A DNA stretch of 63,051 nt, counting the filler, from Octopus bimaculoides (taxonomy: Eukaryota), in NCBI RefSeq assembly GCF_001194135.2. It is 5 parts of 5 records of this genome, joined end to end, with 100 filler letters (N's around TTAATTAATTAA, not from the genome) between each part and the next. Parts side by side here need not be neighbours in the genome. Positions count along the whole stretch, not along the records: positions 19,852 to 48,099 come from NC_069002.1; positions 48,200 to 53,138 come from NC_068983.1; 3 more parts are not named here. One strand, given 5' to 3'. Positions 38,390 through 50,353 of this stretch are shown here, piece after piece (positions within the stretch are counted from its first letter, which is position 1; the number at the start of each line of letters is the position of its first letter). The notes below the pieces were generated by a model. It saw only the letters and a list, made by a program, of their open reading frames with translations, was not told the DNA's origin and did no database searches. The translations under genes were made by a program, and so were the position numbers.

Positions 38390-38979
38390 TGCTTAAGCAA
38401 ACGCAAAACACAAACACACGCACACACACGCACATAATATATAAATATAATTTGGCTATATTTGTCTTATTTACATACACACGCAGTTGATTATGTGTGT
38501 ATATGCTTTTAAGAGTATGTGAATACACGCACATTAATTTGCATGCCAATGCAAATTCAAATTCACGTACAAACAGACGCACGCATACAAACGGAGGCAA
38601 CCAACACCGAGGGGGCGGGGGAATGTTGAAACGTTGGTTATTGTTATTGTTATTTTGTTAATACTTATTTGAATGCAGTAACAACATTTTTCACAAAATT
38701 TAATTACTACTAAATGTGATAATGAATGTCGTTAATTAACAGGAAGAATATTTTCAACGATGGCAACATTTACAGTTTCAGGAAATCGATGAAGAATTTT
38801 AAGGAAATCAATGAACATTTATGAAATTCTGTTTAGACAATAATAATATTAATAATAATAATAATAATTATCATTATTATTATTACTATTATTTTTATTA
38901 TTATTATGAATGTTTATTTCAAATAAACGGTGAAATATATTCAATATTTAAAGTTAAAGTGTAGTATACTAATAGACGT

Positions 38980-39140
38980 TGGCGTGGTTCTATGGATGTG
39001 AAGCTTGTTTCCCAAACATGTGATCATGGGTTCAGTCCCACTTTGCGATGCCAAGAGTGAGCGTCTTCTCTTTTAGCCCTGACCTTACCTAAGCTTTGTT
39101 AGTGGATGTGGCAGGTGGAAACTGAAAGAAGCTCGTCATG
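38980..39140 (+). mobile_element. SINE family B 5' half, degenerate
   Basis: GGGTTCAGTCCCACT...GGAAACTGAAAGAAGC. Confidence 0.7.
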
Positions 39141-39789
39141 TATGTATACATACCTTGTGTGTGTTTGTGTGCGTGTGTGTGTGTGTCTGTCTGTGTGTAT
39201 ATATGTATGCGTACACAAACTCATGCATGTATGTATATATGTGTGTGTGTATACATATTTATACATATTAGAATTATATAGGTATAGATACATACATATA
39301 TGCATACATGCATACTTGCTTGCATACATACATACGTGCATACATACATACATACATGCATACATACATAAATATATATATACATATAAAATACATATTG
39401 AGCAGGCTACTAAGCCGACTGATGTAGGTCATGTTTGCTGAGCAGAGAACTAATATCAAGCAGATACTTTGAGCACAAAACTGAAACAGATCAAGATGTA
39501 CTGAGCAGAAGTCTGGTATAGATCAAATATAACGAAGAAATGACTGATATAGATTACATATATTGATGTGATAATTGATATAAGTCACACACACACCATA
39601 CACACAGACATAATGACCAGACGACTAGTATGGAACGCGAGTTTTGAACAGATTGTGTATATAAAGCTCTGATAGTTTCAAAAACCTCTTGTTTCTAATT
39701 AGTTAAATCATTAACGGGAAACCTTTCGTTCATTCAAAGTTTTCCTCTGTCGTGAAACACCAGGCACTACGAAAAAGGACTTCTTTCAA

Positions 39790-40090
39790 GCAACCGTCAT
39801 CTCTTTTTCTGTGGCTACTGGAAAGAAGGTTGAGATGGACTCTACACTCGCATGCTAAGTGTGACTTTGAATGTCACCTGGAGAGATCATCTCACCAATG
39901 AGCGATTGTATAGAGACGTTTGTCCAGCATCAAACATCATCAAAGAGCATAGAGTCAGATTCACAGGATATTCTTAAGAGAGCTAAAGACGAAATTGTCA
40001 GTGAAGTTCTTTCGTGGGAGCCTATACAAGGAAGAGCTAGCAGGGGACGTCAAGTCAAGACTTATATCAAGCAGATTGTAATGATATGAA
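39790..40090 (+). mobile_element. RTE/RTEX-type LINE ORF2 C-terminal fragment
   Basis: DGLYTRMLSVTLNVTWRDHLTNERLY...IIKEHRVRFTGYS*RAKDEIVSEVLSWEPIQGRASRGRQVKTYIKQI. Confidence 0.8.
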
Positions 40091-40099
40091 CTGAATAGT

Positions 40100-40585
40100 T
40101 AGTGAGAGCCACAGGACTCCGTGCAAGCAGTGCATCCTGATCGACTTCTTTCTAGTTTTCCTTCCATGTTCTTAAAAGTAATTTTCGCAACACCATTAGT
40201 TACCCTTCCAATATGCCCAATATGCCGCTGTTGCAGTTGGAACAGCATGTCAAATAACGATTTACTTCCATCAAACTCTTACAAAATTGATTTGTTGTTT
40301 GCGCTTTTCTGTCTAAGAAATTCTCAACGTTTTACTCCAGCACCACAGTTCAAAAGCTTCGATTCTTTTCCGAACAGTTTTATTAATTATCCAAGTTTCT
40401 GCTCCATAGGTGATAACTGGAAAAATCAAAGCTTTGATTAATCTCTCCTTCGTTTATTTTGAAATATTCCGCTACTTCCAAATCGCGTTTTATTTTGGTT
40501 ATCACAGATGTAGCCATTGCTTTTCTTCATATTTCCTTTGTGTAGTAATCGACCTTAGTAGAGATAGTAGCTACAAGAAAATTAA
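40100..40585 (-). mobile_element. RTE (BovB-like) LINE ORF2 fragment
   Basis: KALIFPVITYGAETWIINKTVRKRIEAFELWCW..TLRIS*TEKRTNKSIL, matching RTE-BovB-type motifs. Confidence 0.85.
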
Positions 40586-40710
40586 ATTATTTTACAATTT
40601 CTGATTCTATTACCCCATTATGTATGGTAACGTTGTCCGTGTTTTCATTCTGGGTATTCGGATATTATATGTCTCAGGGGAATTAAAACTCTTACACAGA
40701 CACAGACACA

Positions 40711-40785
<75 letters not shown>

Positions 40786-40859
40786 ACATATATTTATGTA
40801 TATATGTATATATTATGTACGTGAGTATGTGTATGTATCTACTTATATGCGTTGATCTT

Positions 40860-41065
40860 GGTGAAGTCGTGTGGCCTAGTGGTCAAAGATGTTGCCCTCA
40901 TGAGCAAAAGAACGTGATTTCGATTCCCAGACTCGGTGATGCATTGTGTTCTTGAGAAAAAAATCCTGCGGCGGACTGGCGACGCGTTCAGGGGTGGGGT
41001 GTTGATCTCAGTCACTTATACACCATGGAAATAAGGTAACAGGGCCCTCTGAGTCCTAGGGCTCT
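40860..41065 (+). mobile_element. SINE family C variant, internally deleted
   Basis: GTGGCCTAGTGG A box, TTTCGATTCCC B box and CCTGCGGCGGACTGGCG tail. Confidence 0.65.
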
Positions 41066-41489
41066 ATTGAATACTTACTTATAGACCTTGATTACGGATC
41101 CTTGTTTCTGGCAAAAATCTTTCTAGTCGAAAAGTGATTCTTGGTACTTAGAAAATCAAACCCATATAACTCATGCAGGGTACACTTGGCATGTTTCTCA
41201 TTAAATATTTATATTAAAATCTGATTTATTATCTGCATATATCCACAAGTCTTATGCATGTGCTGATGCCCTGCTTTTATACAGTAAACACCAGATGTAT
41301 AGAGTCACTTCCAGCTTTCATAAACAATTTTAATAAAGTATAAATGAGTATAAAATATTTAAGTATCGAATGTTAATTGCTTAATTTACACATTGGTCAG
41401 TGAGAGATTTTACGGAAGCCAAACGGAAATTTAGCGGAAACAACTGAAATTTCAATAAAACTCAAATACTATCAGTTTTCCTATGATGC

Positions 41490-42200
41490 TCTTGGATACA
41501 TCGTGTGTAACATCTGCTGATTGTGAATGTTTCAATATCGAACAGACGCAGCCAGGCGGCTCACTCGGAGTTGTTCAACTCCGGCTTGTGACCAGTTAGT
41601 ACAATCAGGACTCAAAACTTCTGATCTACAGCCATTTTGAAGCAACCTCTGTTCCCTCCAACGTACAACCCAATAGATTTCTGCTTATCAATGATGTTTC
41701 CTGGAGTCATTTGCTGGCTGTGAGTCTTTAAACATCGGACAGACGCAGCTAAGCGACTCACTCGGGGATCATCAACCCCCGGTTTCTTTCCAAGTAGCAC
41801 GATTCCTGGCAGCACTGTGGCTCAAACCTCCTAATCTACAGTCGTCTTAAAGCAACCTTTGTCTTCTCCAACAGCCAACCCAACGACCTTTTGCCCACTG
41901 GCCCCTGTGCTGCCCGTCATGTTACAAACTGTACAAAGGAACTGACCTAAAAAAAAGCCCTGCATCCCACCCTGTTTTCCAGCCTTTGCTTCAACATAGC
42001 TCCACCTGTTCAGCACATTTCTTCTTGATCTCACTGGCTTCCTCAAAGCGATTCTCCCGGACAACGGAGAGTTCTAACAGAAACCACATACTTGGGTGCG
42101 TTAGAGATCAGCGCCCAATCCATCCTTAGCGATATTGAAGCGACAGTTTCAGGAAACTGCTTCACCAAGTCGATATTCGTGAACAGGAGCAAGAAAATCG
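41490..42200 (-). mobile_element. Second HERO-type retrotransposon 3' fragment, with a duplicated 3' end
   Basis: DLVKQFPETVASISLRMDWALISNAPKYV / LLELSVVRENRFEEASEIKKKCAEQVELC*SKGWK..GCRAF.GQ; diverged duplication 41537-41684 vs 41734-41894. Confidence 0.8.
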
Positions 42201-42791
42201 CTGGTATGAATGACGTAAAATAAAACATTAAATACCTGATAGTTAATTAGTTATACTCACTCGCCATTGGGGAATTTTTACAGAAGCCAAACAAGAATTT
42301 CTCGGAAACAACTGAAATTTGATAAAACACAAATACTTCCAAGACATTGTATGTAAAACTTATGCACTTATACACATATCCAGCCTTTACAATTACCAAT
42401 TAAATACTATAGGGTACGTTAAATTCTCTGAAGGTTTATTAAAATCCCGTTATAAACGGAATGTATATTATAAAATACTTTTATTTCTTGATTCAAATAT
42501 TTTAAGAAGTTTTTTCAATAAAATTTTAAAGAAATTATAATTAATAATTTTACCCTCGTGATTTTTAATTATTCAGTATATTTTTCCTAATTAGATAATT
42601 AATGGCTTACTTTAATTTAGATTAAATTCATGTGGATAATTATGTATAATTATACAGTTATATATAGCCTACAAATAGTCCTTGTCAAATTTACTGTTTT
42701 GTTAATCGAAGTATATAAATATACTGCGCACATATACACATACACACACGTGTGTGTGTGTGTGTATGTATACATGCATGCATGTGTGAGA

Positions 42792-42834
<43 letters not shown>

Positions 42835-42977
42835 ACATACATAAATACGTATAATATTAGAGTAGCGGTTGCCCCATTGTCACTGTCGTTAAAAAAGAAC
42901 CACCATTGATTGATACGTGGAAATCTGTAACTAACGACGCCATTACTCACATGATATTAAGTACGCACACACACACA

Positions 42978-43145
42978 CGATGGGGTGCTGAAAAGCTCCT
43001 GGCTTTGGGTGAAAGAAAATACAAGAGGTTCAGTTAATTATGACTTTATTCGATATATCTCCTCAAGTTCCCACACATATTGCAGCAGTGCCTGATTTTT
43101 CTAAGCCCGGTAAAAGAACACAGGAGTTTGGGCCTACAACCGGAC
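42978..43145. mobile_element. Tc1/mariner-type terminal fragment
   Basis: Begins CGATGGGGTGCTGAAAAGCTCCTGGCTT, resembling mariner TIRs. Confidence 0.5.
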
Positions 43146-43221
43146 CTGTATCCACGGCTTTGTGAGTGGATTTAGTAGATGGAAACTGAAATAAGCCCGT
43201 CGTGTATATAAATATGTATAC

Positions 43222-43265
<44 letters not shown>

Positions 43266-44391
43266 ATATATATGTATATATGCACACATACAGATATCAA
43301 TCCTTCGGACATTAAAACTTTGCAGACAAGCATATATCTTTTAATAGACATATGTATACATTCATCCACATACACACACACACGTACGCGCACGCACGTA
43401 AAGAAACAAACTCATGCAAACACAAGCAGATGAACTGTCATCACACACACACACGCACATGCACACATATACTCAGTCTACACACGTGTGCACCAGCAAC
43501 ACACATGCACACACACACACAAACACACACAAACACACGCAAACTCACACACGCACATACACACACACACATGCAGACGAATTGAAATATTCATTTCATA
43601 TGTGTGTTTGTGTGTGTGTGATTGTGTGTGTATATGTATGTATGTATGTATGTGTGTGTGTATGTATGTATGTATGTATGTGTGTATGTGTGTATTCATT
43701 CTTCACGTAAGTGCTCCACCAATACCCACACACATACACACATACAAAGAAAAGTAAACACGCACACACAAAAGTTACACACTCACACACACACACACAC
43801 TCCTTTACGCACACACACCGACAACTGTATTGTTGAAGAACCAATCAATAAAGCTGTGGTGACGTTGAACAGATCGATATTACAGCCGCAATATTTAACG
43901 AGAGATAATCGATAAGTACTCACTTAATAAACACAATTAAAATGATTGGAAACGGGGGGAGGGAAGGGGGAAGAAAGAGAGGGTGTGGGTTGTCGGCGGA
44001 GGAGGGTGGGTGATAAATTGTAATTAACGGGTGGGGGGAGGAGAAAGGAAGAGGTGGTCGCGTGTGGAGGGGGGAGTGGATGATAAATTGTAATTAACCG
44101 ACTCATTTCTGTCTGTTCCGTGTATAAGGATGGGTAAGGGGCAGAGGTGGAGGAAGAGTGATTCTTACTCTTCCTTTCGCTCTCTCTCTCTCTGTCTCTC
44201 TCTCTGTCTCTCTCTGTCTCTCTCTCTCTCTTTCTCTTTTCTCTGTCTTTCTGTCTCTGATTCACTTTTTCTGACGACGTTTCAATTAATGTGTTATTGA
44301 TTCTCTCTCTCTCTCTCTCTCTCTCTTTCTCCACATCTCTCTCTTTTCCCTCTCTGCCTTCTCTCTTTCTTTCACGTTGTACTTCAACAAA

Positions 44392-44422
<31 letters not shown>

Positions 44423-44839
44423 ACGCATGTGTGCATCATGTCGATTCTCTTCACTCCGTCTGACACCTCCTACTCTCTCCTATTTTCTCTCTCTCTCCGG
44501 TCCATTTTGTTTCAATTAACGTGTGTCTATATGCCCGTGTGCATTTCTGTATACGTGTATGTATTTGTTTATATAAAAGTGTGCATGTATTGTATAACGC
44601 ATTTGTATGTGTGTACGTATGCGTTATCTTCCCTTCTTTTTCTGTCTGTTTCTGTTTCTCTTTCACTTTCACTTTCACACACTCCCTCTCCCTACCACTC
44701 TCTCTCCCCCTCTCTCTCCCGTCCTTCCTCTCTATTTCAGTCATCATGCGGGTGGTTTCTTGCATAAAACTATCTGCGGTTTTTTGCTCGTGTGTGAGCC
44801 TATATAGATTGTTTTCTTTTTATTTTCTTCTCCTGTTAG

Positions 44840-45050
44840 TATCTGTGTTTGTTCCCCCACTACCGCTTGACAACCGATGTTGGTATGTTTACGTCCCTGT
44901 AACTTAGCGGTCCGGCAAGAGGATCTTATAGAATAATTACTAGGCTTACAAAGAATAAGTTCTGGGGTCGATTTAAAACCCTTTAAGGTGGTGCTCCAGC
45001 ATGGCCGCGGTTAAATGACTGAAACAAGTAAAAGTCTAAAGGAATAAAAG
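44840..45050 (+). mobile_element. SINE family B tail
   Basis: CCGCTTGACAACCGATGTTGG...GGTGCTCCAGCATGGCCGCGG...GACTGAAACAAGTAAAAG. Confidence 0.85.
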
Positions 45051-45254
45051 AATAGACAAATAGCCACTAATACAATAGGCTGTGTGCATGTGTGCACCTA
45101 TGGACCCCTTTCATACCTACATTACTCTCTTGGGCCCTCATAGCCATTCCATGTTTTAAAAAATCCCATTATATTTTTATTATTAGATATTAGGAATTGT
45201 ATTTCAAAAATTGTTAAAATATTTTCTGTATTGAAGAAGCATAACCAATTTACT

Positions 45255-45653
45255 CTCTTTTATTTGTTTCAGTCATTTGGCTGCGACCATGCTGGAGCAC
45301 CACCTTTAGTCGAACAAATCGACCCCTGTACTTATTCATTGTAAGCCTAGTACTTATTCTATCGGTCTTTTGCCGAACCGCCAAGTTACGAGGACGTTGA
45401 CATACCAACATAATAGGTTGGCAAGCGAAGGTGGGTGGGACAAACAGGGACATACAAACATATACACACATATATGTATATACATATATACGACAGGCTT
45501 CTTTCAGTTTCCGTCTACCAAATCCACTCACAAGGCTTTGGTCGGCCCGAGGCTATAGCAGAAAACACTTGCCCAAGGTGTCACAAAGTGGGACTGAACC
45601 CAGAACCATGTGATCGGTAAGCAAGCTACTTACCACACAGCCACTCCTGCACC
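45255..45653 (-). mobile_element. SINE family B, full-length bipartite copy with an internal (TA/TG)n
   Basis: Minus strand GGTGCAGGAGTGGCTGTGTGGTAAGTAGCTTGC... through ...GACTGAAACAAATAAAAG; sits within a probable hAT MITE ending GTTGAAAACCACTG near 45730. Confidence 0.92.
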
Positions 45654-45889
45654 TACTGCACATAAATTTTAACAAATAAATCTTATATAGACCCCCTAAG
45701 GGTCATATGGACCCCAGTTGAAAACCACTGGGTAACGCATTTAGTTTAGACACCAATGAAGGGCACCGAACTAAATGCCTTTTTTGCTTTAAGTATTTTC
45801 ATTCTTCTCGTTAACATCGAAAAATTAAAACACCAGTCATGTACTGAGATCGATATCAACCATTATTATCTCGATCCTAGGATTGATAG

Positions 45890-46110
45890 GGGCTGGTTAC
45901 CAAGGTGTCCGGTTCCCAGGAGGAGCCGGTGTAAGTGTCTCGAGATCATAACCCTCCCTGAAAGGGATACCCCGCAAATCCGTCGTGGTCATTTACAGCT
46001 GAGTGAACCGAAACAACGTGAAATGAAATGTTTTGTTCGATCCGAAACTCGAAACCACGATTTTGCAATCGTGAGCGCAATATCCTGAACACTAGGCCAC
46101 GCACCTCCAC
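45890..46110 (-). mobile_element. SINE family C, degenerate
   Basis: Reverse complement of GTGCGTGGCCTAGTG head and TTTCACGTTGTTTCGGTTCACTCAGCTGTAAATGA core. Confidence 0.65.
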
Positions 46111-46179
46111 ACTAGAATCAGCAGGAAAGACTAATGCCTCTCTCTTTTCTGACTATATTAGCAATCATTAAATACTATT

Positions 46180-46910
46180 ATGAGCTGGCAGAATCGTTAG
46201 CACACCGGGCAAAATGCTTAGCATCATTTCGTTCGTCTTTACGTTCTGAGTTCGAATTCCGCAGAGGTCGACTTCGCCTTTCATCCTTCAGGAGTCGTTC
46301 ATACTTTAAGACTCGATGTAATCGACTAGTTCCCTACCCGCAAATTCAGGCTTTGTGCATTTAATAGAAAGGATTATTATTTCGGACAAAACCCTTTGTA
46401 ACCTTCGTCCTGTCTTTGTCCTTACATGTTTTTGATTTATATTAGCCCTTGTGGCCAATAAAACAGAATTAATTATTATTATATTTTATTACTCAAAGCT
46501 CTCGGTCTTACATGCTCTGGTTGATTCTGTGAGAGCAGACACCATCCTGTTGTCAGAGGTCTCACAGTGTCTCTTTCTCCAAATTATAATAACTGGGTAA
46601 CTTGCAAATTAACTATCGTGGACGATACGCAAAACCGATCATCGATGACAAAATAGTAGTTGTCCCCAATAGAGATGTTTTTTTAGAGCCTGCTCGGCAC
46701 TCATGTCAATTCCAATTTCTCTGACATATTTCTCGAACTTGGTTGGCGAGCTGGCTGAATCGTTAGCACGCCGGACCTAATGCTTAGCGGTGTTTCACTG
46801 GTCCGTACCGCCTGTGTTCAGATTCCGCCGAGGTCGACTATGCCTTTTGCCCTTTCAGGGTCGATAAATTAAGTACCAGTGAAACACTGAGCTCGATGTA
46901 AAAAAGATTA
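46180..46910 (+). mobile_element. Two SINE family A copies (46180-46380 and 46743-46910)
   Basis: GAGCTGGCAGAATCGTTAGCAC heads and family bodies. Confidence 0.85.
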
Positions 46911-47194
46911 TTGTTATTATTATTATTTTAAGGTGACAAAAGGGCACTCCAGGTAAAAATGCTTAGCGGCCTTTTGCCCGTCATACAAGGACTTCAAATA
47001 TTATTATATAGACGGCGGGAAAATAATGTACCTGTCATATTTTGAAGTTACCCCGAGCTAAAACAGACGGCCTTCTTGTTATGCTTCGAATATTCATTGT
47101 AGTTTTAACAGCTGTGTTAAAATTTGTTGAGGACAAATGACTTCTATTATAACTTGGTCACATCTGCGTCTTTTAATCTTCCGCATATAAAGTG

Positions 47195-47239
<45 letters not shown>

Positions 47240-47354
47240 GCGTGCTTGTGTGTGCGTGTGCGCGCGCAAAGTTTTTTTTGTGGGGGGAGTACGTCGTATA
47301 TCTATACGACGTATACATACATAAATGCATATATTTAAGTGTATGTGTGCCGGC

Positions 47355-47435
<81 letters not shown>

Positions 47436-47566
47436 ATATATATATACATATATTCAGATATATGCATATATTATTATTGGTAGTAGTATTATTATATACA
47501 TGTAAATATATTTACTTGTAAATGTATACACATATGAAAACTTAAGCATACACATTTGAAGATAGC

Positions 47567-47610
<44 letters not shown>

Positions 47611-48099
47611 GAGATAGATAGATTGATAGATAGAGAGAGAGAGAGAGAGATAGATAGACAGATAGATAGACGTAAGTAAGATGGGTACAGAAAGAAACAC
47701 TTACACAGAAACGAATATACACACACATGCACATGTTTATGCGGATGTATACGCACGGCATTATGGTGATTTCCTCGATTACTTCTGGGGTTAGTAGAAA
47801 GCTGCTTGGACACTAGCCTCCAGCTTGATCAACTCTGGTCCAGTTGCCTAGAGAAGGGTATATGCTATAAGACCCGAAACATCCAGCGATCCTGGGATAC
47901 AACGCTGACGATGTACCCAAATATCGCACCTATTAATACATATAAATGTGTGTTTATGTGTGTGTGTATGTATGTATGTATGTATGTATGTATGTATGTA
48001 TGTATGTATGTATGTATGTGAATATATATAAGTCTGTATTGAAGTATATATATATGTGTGTGTGCGTGTGTGTATGTGTATATATATATATACATATAT

Positions 48100-48199
48100 N
48101 NNNNNNNNNNNNNNNNNNNNNNNNNNNNNNNNNNNNNNNNNNNTTAATTAATTAANNNNNNNNNNNNNNNNNNNNNNNNNNNNNNNNNNNNNNNNNNNN
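48100..48199. other. Artificial 100-bp scaffold join
   Basis: N44-TTAATTAATTAA-N44. Confidence 0.95.
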
Positions 48200-48230
<31 letters not shown>

Positions 48231-49379
48231 TGTTCACATACATATATATACATACTTATACATACACACATATATATATACACACACACATACATGTGTG
48301 TGTACATGCACTCAGAGATACATGCTGTAAAAATGCAACAACCTCTGATCATAACATATTTTCTTGAATGCCAGTCTCAGCTGAGTGAATAATAACACAC
48401 TTCTATTTTTGCATCTAAGGTGTCTCTTTTAAATGCTACGAATTATCTCAGTTTGGTTTCTTTATCTGATGCCATTCCAAGAACAACTAACTACATCAAC
48501 ATTGCTCTTTAACCTATTTTCATAAGTTCAGTTCACCCCACTTCTTCAGCCAACATTACTTAAATTATGATCCCAACTTTCCAGTCTACTGTAAGCTTCC
48601 CACCATTTCCAACAAATCCACTAGCCTACCACAAACTTCTCCCACACTACTACTACTACCACAAGGGAAGCATTCTTAATAGTATGGTGGATAAGTTCAA
48701 GAACAGTGAAGGTAAGCAAACACATACAATAACCATGTTAACTAGTCATTTACATGCAACTGAAAAGCTTAAAAATCTTCACTTTATCTGGGTGTATTTT
48801 GAAAAGTAGAGGAGAACTAGCATGATTTTTCTTTTTTTTCTTTGCTTCCATGCAAAAGAATTTAAAATGTCTTCAATCCTATTCCTGCACCAGCGCAGAA
48901 TTTGGATTGCTCACTGGCTGACCCGACATCTTTCAGTCAACTCAAATGACAATATGAGCTATGACATGAAAGTAAATTAAAATATTAATTCCATCTAAGA
49001 AGTATATTCCCCCACCACACAGGATAAAAACATGTTCTTATGTACAGTATGTAATACAAAAGATATCAAGGAACCCACAGAAAACTTTGTTACCAAGTTG
49101 TGCAAAAATTACCATTTTTATATCAAATCAAGTAATTGATTTTGCAACAAAACTTCTGCCATGAAATCAAACAATGTTATCTTCCCTTACAAAACATTTC
49201 TTCTCAGTAGATAGTTACCATATTTTATCAGTGATTCTATTGGTCTGTGTGAGCTAATGTAATAATGAGGTTTTAATGATATCTTGGATGAAGGAACATT
49301 TTTCATGATGTTAAAGCAATCACAAATGGCATCAGCTGTATGACAGTGAATCTTATACCAAGGCAAGCGGGAGGGAACC

Positions 49380-50353
49380 AAAAGTCAAGTGATGTTAAAT
49401 GAGTAAGAGGGTGATTTGAGAGATCATTTTTTGGACTGTGGGTATGGTCTACAATGAAATTGTGGTTAGAATATCTGCCTTTCCCAGCATGTAAGCATGT
49501 AGCCAGTAATTGGGGTAGTAAGAGTCTCTGAATTACATAGCAAGTTCATGTAAGACGAAGTGTAGGAAGACTGGAAGAGGCTGACAGTTGATGTGATGCA
49601 CTACCAAGGAAGATTGTACCTCCTGATGATTGACTGTAAACTAATGTGAATTGTGAAATGTGGAGAAATCAAGATGAGGACTGCAGCTGATTTTGCAAGG
49701 GAGCTGTCCAAGATATTCCAGAAAAAGGGCCCAGTAGAAGAACTACTGAAGGACAACATCACTGCATTTTGTTCAGGGCTGCTGAAGGAAATGTCTGATA
49801 GGTGTAAAGTCAGATGCTTCTTCATAGCTGCATATAGACTAAATGGAGAGAAATTTGTGGAAAGACACATTATTACAATCGAGGGTGGGGTTGCTTGATT
49901 TCCCCTTCCTTCATTGTGACAATCATCTGGTACAACAGGTTATCTAGGGCAGGATAAGCTAAGTAGTAGGCCACAAAGAGTATAGTTCAGGTATGAATGG
50001 AGATGACCAAACACAGTATGGCAACATTTTGAGGAGGAATAAGAACCTGTATCTGCTCAGATTGAAGAAGAAATTTGGTTGAAACCTAATGCATAGTGCA
50101 TGACTCAATGGGAGAAGGAAGAAAGATAGAACTGAATTCCTGAAACAAATCTATTAGTTGGTGGAATTCCACTTCACATAATGGACATTTGAAGAGCCAT
50201 CAGCTACTCAGGTGATGAAGGAGACAAGGAGAGGGGTGAGGCCAGCACTACAACCTTGCAGAGGTCACAGAGGTAGTGATATCCACCTAAGTAGATGGAC
50301 AAATTTGAAATGGAGTGAGGGTGCTCTCAAGTGATCTTTAGATCAAGGTGGCC
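49380..50353 (+). mobile_element. Gypsy/Ty3 LTR retrotransposon integrase relic
   Basis: W.RLTVDVMHYQGRLYLLMIDC...KGPVEELLKDNITAFCS...FIAAYRLNGEKFVERH (D,D,E core), then a LQRSQR..YPPK pol end and a purine-rich tract before TGTGAC at 50354, a possible 3' LTR start. Confidence 0.8.

Noticed and set aside
48144-48155. TTAATTAATTAA as a recurring homeodomain site or piggyBac footprint
   Set aside because: It is always centred in exactly 44+44 Ns, so it is a synthetic linker.
49653-49898. 81-aa ORF as a host gene
   Set aside because: It is part of the stop-interrupted Gypsy integrase core.
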